A DNA stretch of 64,000 bases from an uncultured Nitrososphaeraceae archaeon. GTDB lineage: Archaea > Thermoproteota > Nitrososphaeria > Nitrososphaerales > Nitrososphaeraceae. Positions 44,303 through 55,920 of the stretch are shown in pieces (positions within the stretch are counted from its first letter, which is position 1; every line of letters starts with the position of its first letter). The position numbers were made by a program, and so were the translations under genes. Below the pieces are notes generated by a model. It did not search any database. It had not been told where the DNA came from and was given only the letters and a program-made list of their open reading frames with translations. The stretch covers positions 32,001 through 96,000 of the forward strand of contig CAVSMN010000016.1 of assembly GCA_963729045.1 (NCBI GenBank), written 5' to 3'.

Positions 44303-45262
44303 ATGTCAAATATTTTAATAGTTGGAGCTGCCGGGAGAATGGGAAAATGGTTTTTTGATTATTTTATTAATTTACGTAAGGAGCAATCTGAAGATCGAGA
44401 TTTAATCAAAAAAACGATCAAGGTAGAAAAGATCTTCCTAGTTGATCCCAATAAGGTTGAATACTTTGATATGTCAGAAGACCTGAATGTGTATACTTCC
44501 AAAAGTATCACAAAGTTTGTTGAAGATTCAAACATTATCATTTTGTGCACTCCTATAAAGGAAACACTTAAGATCCTTGATACATATACGATAAAGTTTA
44601 GACCAGGAACAACCACCATTGAAATATCCTCTGTAAAAAATCCAATTTATGATTATATATCAAACACCTCACAGAAATACAGCTCTTTAAGATTTCTTTG
44701 TATCCATCCAATGTTTGGACCAGGGGCTCAAGTTAGTTCTTCAAAGAACATAATAATGCATGTGCCACTTAGTTTATCTGGTATCAGCAGAGAATCAAGA
44801 ATCTTGCGTAGGTTATTTCCAAAATTCAAAAAGTTCTTGATTGATACACCAGAAAAGCACGATATTCTCGTCGCTGTTCTTATTAGTTTAATTTACTTTA
44901 TTAATCTTGTTTTCTCGAAACTTTTGATTGAAATTTCAACTAACAAAACACTGAAAAACGAAAAAGATTTGTTAAAATTATTAAAGCAATTATCGGGTAG
45001 CTCATATAGAATTCAATCGTTACTGAGTGAGAGTATATTAACAGACGACGCACCACTTTTCTTGAATCTATTTCTAGGAAGCGACAAATCAATCGAACTA
45101 ATTAAGAAGTACGGTAAGATTTACGACAGGGTGGCAAAGAAAGTAGAACAAAAAGACGAGAAATACTTGCAAAACCTTGTTATTAATACAAAAAAAAATA
45201 TCAAGAATCAAATCGATATTAATTATTCTTATGAATTGCTTTACCGGTTTTTAAATAATTAA
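44303..45262 (+). CDS. tyrA: Prephenate/arogenate dehydrogenase
   Basis: VGAAGRMGKWF, ISSVK, IHPMFGP, EKHD; last gene of aro cluster. Confidence 0.85.
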   Translation: MSNILIVGAAGRMGKWFFDYFINLRKEQSEDRDLIKKTIKVEKIFLVDPNKVEYFDMSEDLNVYTSKSITKFVEDSNIIILCTPIKETLKILDTYTIKFRPGTTTIEISSVKNPIYDYISNTSQKYSSLRFLCIHPMFGPGAQVSSSKNIIMHVPLSLSGISRESRILRRLFPKFKKFLIDTPEKHDILVAVLISLIYFINLVFSKLLIEISTNKTLKNEKDLLKLLKQLSGSSYRIQSLLSESILTDDAPLFLNLFLGSDKSIELIKKYGKIYDRVAKKVEQKDEKYLQNLVINTKKNIKNQIDINYSYELLYRFLNN

Positions 45263-45324
45263 ATTATTTAACGGATAAAGTTGGATCAATAAGAACATAT
45301 AGGATTTCATTTTCATTTTAAATC

Positions 45325-46329
45325 ATGACAATAAGGAGATGGCTTGACAATGAAGTCTCTTTGGATCCATTAAAAAATCTAAAGATCGCAGTCATTGGTT
45401 ACGGTATTCAAGGCGCAGCACAGGCTTCTAATATGAAAGATTCAGGTCTGAATGTTTGTGTTGGGTTACGCCCAAACGGGAATACATGGGCAAAAGCTCA
45501 AAATGATAATCACAACGTAAAAAGCGTTAGTGATGCGGTCAAAGAGTCCGATATTATTCATATATTAATTCCAGATATGGAACAAGAGGAAACTTTTAAG
45601 AGCGAAATCGCTCCCCATTTGACAGAAAACAAGACGATCAGTTTTTCACATGGCGCCGCTATACATTGGAAATGGATCGATCCTCCTAAAAATATTGATG
45701 TCATAATGGTTGCACCAAAAGGACCAGGTCAAAGAGTACGCGAATTGTATTTAGATGGGTTTGGGACACCCTCACTCGTTGCTGTGCATCAAGATTATAC
45801 AAAAAAAGCTTGGGAAAAAACACTTGCTATAGCTAAATCAATTGGGAGCACAAAGCCAGGAGTTTTAGAAACCACATTTAAAGAAGAAGTAGAAACAGAT
45901 TGGTTTGGGGAACAAGTAGATCTGTGCGGTGGGGTCCATCAGATGATCCTCAAGTCATTTGAAACACTAGTAGAAGCAGGTTACCAACCAGAAATAGCCT
46001 ATTTCGAATGCTTGCATGAACTAAAATTAATTGTAGATTTAATTCAAAAGTATGGGATTACTGGCATGTACAATAGAGTTAGTGAAACGGCAAGATATGG
46101 TGGGCTTACTAGGGGTAAACGTGTAATTGACGGAGATTCAAAATCAAAAATGAAAGATGTATTATCAGAGATTCAATCAGGACAATTTGCAAATGAATGG
46201 GTTAACAACTACAAAAAGGATAAAAAATCGGCCTTTAGCATGATGCTGCAGGAGTTGGAGAACCATGAAATTGAAAGAGTAGGTAAGGACCTAAGGAGGA
46301 TGATGTGGCCGCAAGAAAAGGTGGAGTAA
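45325..46329 (+). CDS. ilvC: Ketol-acid reductoisomerase
   Basis: IGYGIQG, FSHG, MVAPKGPG, EEVETDWFGEQ, AYFECLHE, SETARYG. Confidence 0.96.
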   Translation: MTIRRWLDNEVSLDPLKNLKIAVIGYGIQGAAQASNMKDSGLNVCVGLRPNGNTWAKAQNDNHNVKSVSDAVKESDIIHILIPDMEQEETFKSEIAPHLTENKTISFSHGAAIHWKWIDPPKNIDVIMVAPKGPGQRVRELYLDGFGTPSLVAVHQDYTKKAWEKTLAIAKSIGSTKPGVLETTFKEEVETDWFGEQVDLCGGVHQMILKSFETLVEAGYQPEIAYFECLHELKLIVDLIQKYGITGMYNRVSETARYGGLTRGKRVIDGDSKSKMKDVLSEIQSGQFANEWVNNYKKDKKSAFSMMLQELENHEIERVGKDLRRMMWPQEKVE

Positions 46330-46363
46330 CAGTCTAAGCTCATCATATGAATTACAAATAGAT

Positions 46364-46831
46364 TCAATTCCTTTTTACATTTTTTTCAATATGTTCAATA
46401 ATTTTTTCAAGGGATGTGCCCGGTCCAAAATTCCCTGTAATACCTGCCTTCTCCAATTGGGTCTTATCTGATTCAGGTATTACTCCTCCTCCCACCAATA
46501 ATATGTCGTGAACGTTTTGTTCTCTTAGCAATCGAGACACTTTAGGGAATAGTGTTAAGTGAGCACCGTTAAGTAAACTCATTGCAATAACATCCACATC
46601 CTCTTCAATCGCAGTTTTTACAACTTGTTCGGGTGTACAGAATAATCCGGAATAAATTACCTCCATTCCGGAATCCCTGAGGGCTCTACAAATAACCAAA
46701 GCCCCTCGATCGTGACCATCCAAACCCAACTTTGTAACCAAAATCCTGATTTTCTTTTGAGATAGGTCTTTTGAATTATCCTTCTCTGAGCTCTCCTTTA
46801 TCAACGAAGTGGTCATATACCATAATAACAT
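46364..46831 (-). CDS. Cobalamin-binding domain protein (methylmalonyl-CoA mutase small subunit)
   Basis: KLGLDGHDRGA (DxHxxG), SLLNGAH, VGGGVIP, FGPGT. Confidence 0.92.
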   Translation of the reverse strand: MLLWYMTTSLIKESSEKDNSKDLSQKKIRILVTKLGLDGHDRGALVICRALRDSGMEVIYSGLFCTPEQVVKTAIEEDVDVIAMSLLNGAHLTLFPKVSRLLREQNVHDILLVGGGVIPESDKTQLEKAGITGNFGPGTSLEKIIEHIEKNVKRN

Positions 46832-46972
46832 ATATCCCGAGCTTAAAATATTTTATATCCTTGTTGCATGATTTTTGATGCTGTAGGTTATTATTTAGTA
46901 GAAATATCAGCGTGAACTTTATCATAGTAAGGCTTTAATGTATAGATTCATTATGTAATTCATTAAAAATAA

Positions 46973-48202
46973 ATGACTGTAAATGGAATCCAAAACTATC
47001 AATATTTATCGAAAAAATTCGATTCCAACGAAATCATTTATAAGATAATTGAAAAAAAAACGGTTGACAGTCATGATCTCAAGGATTTACTAATTAATGC
47101 TGAGATAAAAGATCTTAACCTTTTTGCCACATTTCTTCGTAATAGGACAGGTAGCAAATTTGTCACATATTCAAGAAAGGTTTTTATCAATTTAATAAAT
47201 CTGTGTAAAGATTCATGCTCATATTGTACATACAAAAAAGAACCAACAAGCATGGAGGCTGTAATGCTTAGTCCGTCTCAAGCAATTGCAATTGCTGAAC
47301 TCGGAAAAAAGGCAAGATGCACGGAGGCATTGATTGTAACCGGTGAGAGGCCAGAGATTAAATATAAAGAGGCCAAGAGGTGGCTTGCGTTACTTGGACA
47401 TCGGAATCTATCCGAGTTGTTGGCAGATTTAAGTGAAAAAATACTCTCACAAACTGGAATGTTACCTCATACTAATGCTGGAAGCCTGACTAAGAAAGAA
47501 ATGTCCATGCTAAAATCTAGTAATGCAAGTTTGGGTATGATGCTAGAGACTTCGAGCGAACGATTGACTGATAAAGGGAAGGCTCATGAAAAAGCTCCAA
47601 GCAAAAATCCCAAAGTGAGATTAAAATCCCTAATTTCAGCTGGTGAGCTTAATTTTCCAATTACTACAGGACTCTTAATCGGTATAGATGAAAGTTTCGA
47701 TGAAATAGTTGAATCTTTGTTACTAATAAACAATATAAATAGGAAATTCGGTCACATTCAAGAGGTAATTATGCAAAATTTTTTACCAAAGAAGGGGACA
47801 CTAATGGAATATGCAAAATCTCCTTCATATCCTTACTTTTTAAGATGCATCGCAGCAGCACGAATAATATTGGAAGATATTAGTCTTCAGGTCCCACCGA
47901 ACCTAAGCCCTGATGTATATTCAAATTACATTGATTCTGGAATCAATGATTGGGGAGGCATCTCACCGATTACACCAGATCACGTCAATCCAGAATCACC
48001 CTGGCCGACCATTGAAAATATTAATGCAGTAACAAGAGAAAAAGGATTTACATTGAGGGCACGCTTGCCGGTGTATCCAAAATATATAATTAATTCGGAG
48101 TTGTCAAGGAAATTCGTGCACAAAGACCTTAAAGACTATATAGAACCATTGATAGATAAATACGGCTTGGTCAGAGAGGAGTTTATTAATAATGAATCTT
48201 GA
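46973..48202 (+). CDS. cofG: FO synthase subunit CofG (F420 biosynthesis)
   Basis: VTYSRKVF...CKDSCSYC, LPHTNAG, TTGLLIGI, HIQEVIMQNF, QVPPNL, DWGGISP.TPDHVNPE.PWP. Confidence 0.93.
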   Translation: MTVNGIQNYQYLSKKFDSNEIIYKIIEKKTVDSHDLKDLLINAEIKDLNLFATFLRNRTGSKFVTYSRKVFINLINLCKDSCSYCTYKKEPTSMEAVMLSPSQAIAIAELGKKARCTEALIVTGERPEIKYKEAKRWLALLGHRNLSELLADLSEKILSQTGMLPHTNAGSLTKKEMSMLKSSNASLGMMLETSSERLTDKGKAHEKAPSKNPKVRLKSLISAGELNFPITTGLLIGIDESFDEIVESLLLINNINRKFGHIQEVIMQNFLPKKGTLMEYAKSPSYPYFLRCIAAARIILEDISLQVPPNLSPDVYSNYIDSGINDWGGISPITPDHVNPESPWPTIENINAVTREKGFTLRARLPVYPKYIINSELSRKFVHKDLKDYIEPLIDKYGLVREEFINNES

Positions 48203-49440
48203 GAATGTTTTTAGAAATATCGATTCGGAAATCTCTTCGATTCTTGGGAGGGCTTTAGATGGGAAAGAAATCTCATCAGTCGATGCTTTAAAGCTTTTCG
48301 AAGCCACAGGACCAAGTTTGTCAGTAATAACTTTGGTTGCTGACGAGCTGAGAAGGCGGGTAAATGGCGAAATTGTGACCTACGTGATAAACAGAAATAT
48401 TAACTTTACAAATGTTTGCATAAAGCAATGTGGCTTTTGCGCGTTTAGCAGAGATTTTAGAGTGGAAGAGGGTTATCTTTTACCAATTGAAGAGATAGTA
48501 AGGAGGGCTAAAGAAGCATGGCAGTTTGGAGCCACTGAAATATGTATCCAGGCAGGATTGCCCCCTAAAATGGATGGGTTCTTTTACGTCAATATATGCA
48601 AAGCAATAAAGAAGGAATTGCCTGAGATTCACATTCATGCCTTCTCGCCAGAGGAAATTTTGTATGGATCTACATTGTCTAACACTAAAATTCATGATTA
48701 TTTAAAGATGCTAAAGGAGGCGGGTCTCGGGTAGCTTGCCTGGCACCTCCGCTGAGATTCTTGTAAAAGAGATACGGAACAAGATTTCTCCAGGCCGAAT
48801 CAATATAGAACAGTGGATTGACATAATTTCTACAGCACATAAGTTTGACATCCCAACCACTTCCACAATAATGTATGGCCATATTGAGAGTAATAGCGAT
48901 ATTGTTACTCATTTAGAGATAATAAGAAATATTCAAAAAAAAACCGGTAAATTCACAGAATTTGTTCCTTTAAGTTATGTCCATTATGATGCTCCAATGT
49001 CAACTCATCATTTAGTCAAAGATATAAGGCCCGGTGCTGACGGTCTAGAAATTTTGAAAATACATGCGATTTCACGAATTTTCTTCAATAATTTCATTAA
49101 TAATCTTCAGGTATCATGGGTTAAGGAGGGACCAAAATTATCCCAAATATTGCTTGGTGCTGGGGCAAATGACCTTGGTGGTTGTTTAATTAACGAGAGT
49201 ATATCAACTTCTGCAGGATCGCAGTATGGACAATTTATGAGGCCAGTGGATATGCGTAAGATCATCAAAGCGGCAGGTAAGATACCCGCACAGAGAACAT
49301 CAAAATATGAGATTATCAAAGATTTCAGGACTAATGAGGAAATCGAGTCAGAAAATTCTTTAGACAAGATCAACCCTGAGAGATTCGGATCATATAATGA
49401 ATTGATCAAATTGAGTAGCTTTAGGTTTAAGAAAAGTTAG
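48192..49440 (+). CDS. cofH: FO synthase subunit CofH; frameshift near 48728
   Basis: NRNINFTNVCIKQCGFCAF, HIHAFSPEE, then PGTSAEIL, TIMYGHIE, EFVPL, QVSWVK.G, NESIS. Confidence 0.92.
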
Positions 49441-49544
49441 CGATGGTATGGAAATGAGACATATACCACAAGTCCGGATCCGTTTGCATTATAGCCGATG
49501 ATAACAAAAATATTTATATCTTACTCCTAAACATAAAGTAAAAT

Positions 49545-50526
49545 TTGCATTTGGATGATAACAACGAAGAATTTAGAACCGATATCTTGAAAGGACTGTC
49601 TAATCCCATTCAGAAATCAATACCTTCTAAATATTTATACGATAGTAAAGGTTCTTACTTGTTTGAACAAATAACGGTTCAACCTGAGTATTATCCAACT
49701 AGAACTGAAAATAGTATACTAGAAGAATATTCTACCAAGATTTTACAAAATATTCCAAAAGAGATCATCTTAATAGAGATGGGAAGTGGTAGTTCAAAAA
49801 AGACTAAACATCTGTTCGACTCAATATTGAAAAGACAAGATAAATTATATTACTTTCCAATTGATATTTCCTTCAATTTTTTGGATTCTGTAGTGACTGA
49901 TTTGGAAACACAGAATCAGAATATAAGGGTCAAAGGGATTCCAAATGATTATATAAATGGTATCAAAGATTGTAATAATATCTTATTTGAGAATAATTTT
50001 AAATTTGATTCATTTTCTAGACTAATAGTTTTCTTTGGATCTAGTATAGGAAATTTTGAAATTGATGAAGCTAGAGACTTTTTAAAAGCAGTTCGAATCA
50101 ATATGAATGATAAGGACTTTCTTCTTGTTGGTTTCGATATGATAAAGGATGAATTTCTTATTGAACCCGCTTATAACGATAAAGCAGGATTCACTGCTCA
50201 ATTTAATTTGAATTTGTTAACCCGAATGAATAGAGAGCTGGGGTGTAATTTTGATCTTCACGAATATGTGCATTATGCGTTTTTTAACAAGGAAAAAGGA
50301 TCGTATCGAAATGCATCTCAAATCTAAATCGGATCAAGAAGTTAGAATATCGGGATCTGAAAGAATATTTCAGATATCTCAGGATGAAACTATTCACACC
50401 GAAAGCTCATACAAATATAGTGAGGAGAAAATTCAAGAATTAGCGATTAGATCGGGTTTTTCGCTTGAGAAGATTTTCTCTGATAACAACAATTGGTTCA
50501 ATCTTGTCATGCTAAAACCGTGTTGA
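49545..50526 (+). CDS. egtD: L-histidine N-alpha-trimethyltransferase (EgtD); frameshift near 50295
   Basis: KSIPSKYLYD.KGS.LFEQIT..PEYYPTRTE, EMGSGSSKKT, GSSIGNF, AYND.AG.TAQFNLN.L, RIEMHL, IHTESSYKY. Confidence 0.88.
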
Positions 50527-51019
50527 TTTTTCCAACTACTCTTTTAGTCATAATTTAATTCATAGACTATAAGAATAATCAGATAAGCATCAGCCCTAAA
50601 GATTGACTAAAATTGATAAGAGGATGAAATCATATTTGTGAAAGACGATTAGGAATCTAGTAAATTCATCGCAATCGGTTGATCCATTCCCTGAAAAAGT
50701 ATCATAAGAAGCAAAATTATAGAGTGAGAAGTTACTGTCTAAGAGAACTATAGTTCATATCCGATTTTTATGTCCATATCACCTTAATGATAATAGAAGG
50801 ATTATCTTTCATTTCAAAAACAAGGCAATTAGATATTGTTATGTAATAATCTCCTCAGCCTTTCTTCGGAAGTATCGAACAATCTAAAATCTTTTCAAAT
50901 AAATATCTCTAGTCAAGAATTACATTTACACGGTGCCTCAAAATGGTCCTGTTTTTTGATTATGTATTTAGGTGAAGAAATGATGGGAACAGATATAACC
51001 TGATGATAATTCATTCTTC

Positions 51020-51565
51020 TTATTTCTTAGGTTCAGAGAAAGGAGAATCCATCCAAGTTTGATAAATATTTCTAATTCGCTCTACTGCATCAATTTCTTT
51101 AAAGATTTTTATTACCGATTTGGAGACCAACTCTTGCCATTTAGCGTTGTCCTCAAGAATCAATTTCCGAATAACTGAACCTTTTAATAGATTTCCTTCA
51201 ATTAATTTTGGTTTTTTGATGATTATGGTTTCTCTTTTAAGCAAGGTTCTGACAAAATTGTTTCCAGTATAAAGAACATTAAACGGTGGACTCACTGATT
51301 TAATATTGCTAAACCATTTCGCATTGTTTTCATCATCGGTAACATTAACCAGGAATACTCTTGACAAGTCAATTTTTGATTCTATGAGGCTATCTCTAAT
51401 CATCCATACCCTTTCTCCAGCAGTGAAGGGGTTCTTTAAGGTGAAATTAGCTTGCGAGCTTCCTATAAGAATAATTATTTCATCATTTTCATCCAATACT
51501 TGACGGACTAGTTCCAAATGTCCTAAATGGAATGGTTGATATCGCCCTATCATTACGGCTGCCAT
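51020..51565 (-). CDS. nadM: Nicotinamide-nucleotide adenylyltransferase (archaeal NadM)
   Basis: GRYQPFHLGH, IGSSQ, NPFTAGER. Confidence 0.92.
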   Translation of the reverse strand: MAAVMIGRYQPFHLGHLELVRQVLDENDEIIILIGSSQANFTLKNPFTAGERVWMIRDSLIESKIDLSRVFLVNVTDDENNAKWFSNIKSVSPPFNVLYTGNNFVRTLLKRETIIIKKPKLIEGNLLKGSVIRKLILEDNAKWQELVSKSVIKIFKEIDAVERIRNIYQTWMDSPFSEPKK

Positions 51566-51613
51566 AAGCTTGTCTTCACATTACTCTAGAAAACAAACAA
51601 TATAATATTGTTC

Positions 51614-53443
51614 TCAAGGTTCAGTATTTGTTGATTTAGTATCTAAAAACTCGGCCTTTTGATTTTCAATTTCGGCTTTTTCAATCCTCCTAAAAATCGG
51701 AATTATATTGTTATCGATATTGTGTCCTTGAACAAGTCTCAATTCAGACGCTGAATACCAGTCTTGGGTCGTTAAATTTTCGATAATTCCTAATTGTTTC
51801 CAGATTTTCTGAGCGGATGAGGGAATAAACGGAAACAACAATATTGCAAGTGATCTCACTGCATTGGCAGATATCCAAATGGTGTTATTAGAATCATGAT
51901 GTGATTTCCAAGGTTCTTTAGACTGGAAATACTGATTAAAAAATGTACTAAACTGCAAAATCCTCTTCATGGCCTTATCTATTTCGTTTCCAAAAATCAA
52001 TTCGCCTACAGCATATGCGATCTGCTTGATCTCAATCAATGCTTGTTTGTCTAGGCTATCCAAATTCGTTCTTGTAGGGATCTTTCCAGCAAATTGCTTC
52101 TTGAGTAAAGGAGAGTGTCCGGTTGATAAAGTTTCCTATATTTGAAATAAGCTCATTATTAATTTTTTCATAAAAACTATCCCAATCAAAATTAATGTCC
52201 GATTGTGAATATGGGATAATCGTAGAAAAATAAAATCTAAGATAATCGGGGTTAAATGACTTCGTGAATCCTCCCAATGTTATCGACCAATTCTTACTCT
52301 TCGATAACTTTCTATTTTGGAATAGTAAATGACCTCTTGTAACTATTCTATCAGGTAATTTATATTCGCTCTTGATCCCAAGCCTGATCGCGGGGAGAAA
52401 GAGGTAATGGTGATAGATTATATCTTTCCCTATAAAATGAATGATTTCAGAATCGTTCCAAAGTTTCCTACCGTCTTTCTTAAGTACGGTCTCTGCAAAA
52501 CTATTAAAAGATGAAATGTAGCACAAATGGTTGTCAAACCACCCATAAAATACTTTATCTTCGTAATTTGGAACTCCATGAATCTTTGGTATGGGTACCC
52601 CCCAAGACAAATCTCTAGTGATATCCCAATCTTGCAATCCTGTATTTATCCAGTTCAAGACATATTTTACTACGTCTTCTTGTAAATTCTTATTATTGGA
52701 AAGCCAAATTTTAAGAGCTTTCTCAAAATCGGACAATTTAAAAAAATAATGGAGACTCTCTCTCTTAACAGGGGGCCTTCCACACAGAACACATTTGGGG
52801 TCCAGTATTTGTTCAGGGACCCTGCCACACGATTCGCAAAGATCAGAATATTGGTTATCTGAGTTACAGAATGGGCATCTACCTATTACATACCTATCTG
52901 GCAAGTACTTGTTATCAAATGTGCAAAAAAACTGAACTACAATTTCCTCTTTTATGTGATTATTTTTATACAGGTCCATGAAATACGTCCTGTACAAACT
53001 TTATGTTTTGAGGGGAACTAGTCTTTGAAAAATAATCAAAATTAATGTCAACAGAATCAAAATCTTTTTTATCCCTCTCATTCCATTCTCTCACATACTC
53101 TTCAGGTGTTTTTCCCTCCTTCTCGGATTTTATAAGAATAGGAGTTCCGTAATCATCAGTAGCACATATGTGGTAAATCTTACTACCCGTCAATCTAACG
53201 AATCTAGTGAAAATATCGGCTGGTAAATAAGTCGATGCAATATGTCCCAAATGAATTTGGCCATTCGCATAAGGCAAGGCGGAAGTGACTACAAGATCCT
53301 TTTCTATCACAATCTTTGGCCCTTTGTATTTTTCATTCACTGCTATCTCGTCATGATTTTCTGATGTTTTGAATATGTGAAGTATCAGAATCTGGATGAG
53401 TAGTAATCGAGGTATGGTTTGTGTTTTCGGACAGACTGTTCAT
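51614..53443 (-). CDS. metG: Methionine--tRNA ligase; frameshifts near 52980, 52100 and probably 53370
   Basis: TSALPYANGQIHLGH, Zn knuckle CPFC..CESC, DWDITRD, GKDI, KLSKS, PFIPSSA; ATG 53443 is tentative (alternative GTG 53340). Confidence 0.93.
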
Positions 53444-53552
53444 TTGCGCCTAACTTGTATACTTTTAGTTGTTGAATTTAATTTAACTGTATATGAATCA
53501 AATAAATTAAAAAAACATTTATTATTTTTAATAAAGTATTATGCATTGTTAG

Positions 53553-53858
53553 ATGACATGGATTAAGGTAGCCAGTAAAGACGACATTCAAGAAGGCAGT
53601 GGTAAGGAACTTAACATTAATGGGCAAAGAATAGCTCTATTTGTATCAAAAAGCAAGTATTACGCTATCGAAGCACTTTGCAGACATCAGGATGGTTCTT
53701 TGGCACCTGGAAAAGTTAATGGTGAAATTGTCGAGTGTCCTTTGCACTTTTGGCATTACAATATTAGAACCGGTGAGTTACTAGACTATATGGAGGGTAT
53801 TAAATTGACCACCTTCCCCGTTCAGATTAGAAAAAATGAAATTTATCTAGACGTTTAA
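53553..53858 (+). CDS. Rieske [2Fe-2S] ferredoxin
   Basis: CRH...CPLH, 101 aa. Confidence 0.9.
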   Translation: MTWIKVASKDDIQEGSGKELNINGQRIALFVSKSKYYAIEALCRHQDGSLAPGKVNGEIVECPLHFWHYNIRTGELLDYMEGIKLTTFPVQIRKNEIYLDV

Positions 53859-53883
53859 TTTTTTTACTAAGATTCCTTTAGAA

Positions 53884-55306
53884 ATGAAATTAAGTAATAC
53901 ATTAACAAACCAATTGGAAGAAATTAATACAGTCGATAAAGTAATTAAAATTTACTTGTGCGGTGTCACCGTTTATGATGACTGCCATATCGGGCATGCA
54001 AGGACCATAATAGTTTTCGATGTATTAAGACGGTACTTAGAAATTCAAGGTGTAAAGGTGATATTCATACAAAATTTTACTGATATAGATGACAAGATAA
54101 TAGCTAGGGCTAGCAGTGAACATACGGATGCTGAATATATTTCTCGAGTATATACAGAGAGTTACTTTAGAGATTTTGACGCCCTAAACGTATTGAGAGC
54201 CACATCATACCCTAGAGGTAACAGAGCATATTCCAGACATCATTGACTTTATTAGCAAACTAATTGAGAAAAATAAAGCTTATTTGGGATTAAATGGAAT
54301 TTACTTTAGGGTTAGGTCCTACCTAGGATATGGCAAGCTGTCCAAAAAGGACCAAGATTCGATAATTTCTGGTGCGAGAATTGAAGTTGATGAGAATAAA
54401 GACGACCCGCGAGACTTTGCCTTGTGGAAATTTAGTTCCGTGAAACCAACCTGGGCCAGTCCGTGGGGAAATGGAAGGCCAGGATGGCACATTGAGTGTT
54501 CAGTCATGGCTTCAAAATATCTAGGAGCAAATATTGATATACACGGAGGAGGCCAGGATTTAGTTTTTCCTCATCACGAAAATGAAATTGCACAGTCTGA
54601 GGGATTATTCGAAACCGAATTCTCGAAATTATGGATGCATGTGGGGATGGTAACAATTAACTCTGAAAAAATGTCGAAATCTATTGGAAATACAATTAAG
54701 ATTTCAGAATTATTAAAAGAAGTTGGTCCAAATGTAATTAGGCTTTTTTGCCTTTCTTCTCATTATACAAAACCGCTAGATTATACAAAGGATATAATTG
54801 ATGAATCAAAACGTAAATGGAGCCAAATTTCTAATGCCTATTATGAACTAGAATACCGAACCAGAAACTCATTCATTTATGAGAATTCTGATTCCATTCA
54901 GCAACCGCTGTTAGAAGAGCTGACAAATTATCTAACTTTGTTTGAAGAACATCTCAATAATGATTTGAATTTTGCAAATGCATTGACTGTATTTCTAAAA
55001 TTCATTACGAGGATTAATAATTTTTTATCTATTGATACTCCGGTAAATATTGAATTCTTAACAAAGACTTTTGGCTTGTTAAAAAAATTCATGTTTGTAA
55101 TTGGATTGAAAGTCTCGCAGGTATCTAAGCAGGAGTTTGAAGAGATAGAGGAGCAGATATACAAAAGAAACATGTTCCGCTCTGAGAAAAACTATTTGGA
55201 ATCTGATAAAATAAGATTAAAACTTGCAGATAGATTCAATATCGAGCTGATAGATCATAAGGGATTTACTTTGTGGAAGAAGCGATCAATTGATGTCCAA
55301 AAATAA
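53884..55306 (+). CDS. cysS: Cysteine--tRNA ligase; frameshift near 54215
   Basis: CGVTVYD..HIGH, NFTDIDDK, DFALWK, GRPGWHIECS, GGGQDL.FPHHENE, KMSKS. Confidence 0.95.
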
Positions 55307-55395
55307 GGATTTGAAATTTTCAAATTTGATTAGAATGCATTAGAATAGAAGAACTTTGCGCAAGAATTTTTAACTAAGTTATTCTATTTGATTGT

Positions 55396-55884
55396 ATGAA
55401 CAAATCCAATAGAATAAAGACTATATTCTTGATTTCTTTATCCTCAGTCGCTATTATTTTGTTATTCTATGTAAATGTGGCATCAGTTCAAACTACCCAG
55501 AATGACTACGCAAACTATTTTGCCACCTTCACCCAAAGTTCTGCGAATCTAACCAGGGCTTTTCAAGATGAAATAGCGCTTTGGCAATTGGGGACGGTAT
55601 CAAATAAAACGATGGCCGAATTGACCAACACCTACTTGGCAAATTTTACTAAACAGATGAATGAATTTAATCAAACGGAATCGCCCGCTGCCTTTGAGGC
55701 TGCAAAAAACAGTCTGGTAAACTCTTATAATAACGAGATCAAAAGTTACCAATACTTTAAGGATTATTTATTGACTGGTAATGAATCTCTAAATGAAATT
55801 TCCACTAATTTTCTATCTGAATCACTAAAGGATGAGGCTATGTCTTTCAAATCATTCAAAGAAGTAACAAACAAAACATCATGA
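55396..55884 (+). CDS. Secreted or membrane-anchored helical hypothetical protein
   Basis: N-terminal hydrophobic segment, amphipathic helices. Confidence 0.7.
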   Translation: MNKSNRIKTIFLISLSSVAIILLFYVNVASVQTTQNDYANYFATFTQSSANLTRAFQDEIALWQLGTVSNKTMAELTNTYLANFTKQMNEFNQTESPAAFEAAKNSLVNSYNNEIKSYQYFKDYLLTGNESLNEISTNFLSESLKDEAMSFKSFKEVTNKTS

Positions 55885-55920
55885 TAAAAAAAGATATTTT
55901 ACATCATCTAAATAAAACAA

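Noticed and set aside
50975..51020. Possible C/D box sRNA (ATGATGG...CTGA TGATAA)
   Set aside because: Box C is imperfect and no terminal box D is visible
51614..55306. metG and cysS as pseudogenes or programmed-frameshift genes
   Set aside because: Essential enzymes with intact motifs; similar indels occur across unrelated genes with no shared slippery motif, so sequencing error is the simpler explanation
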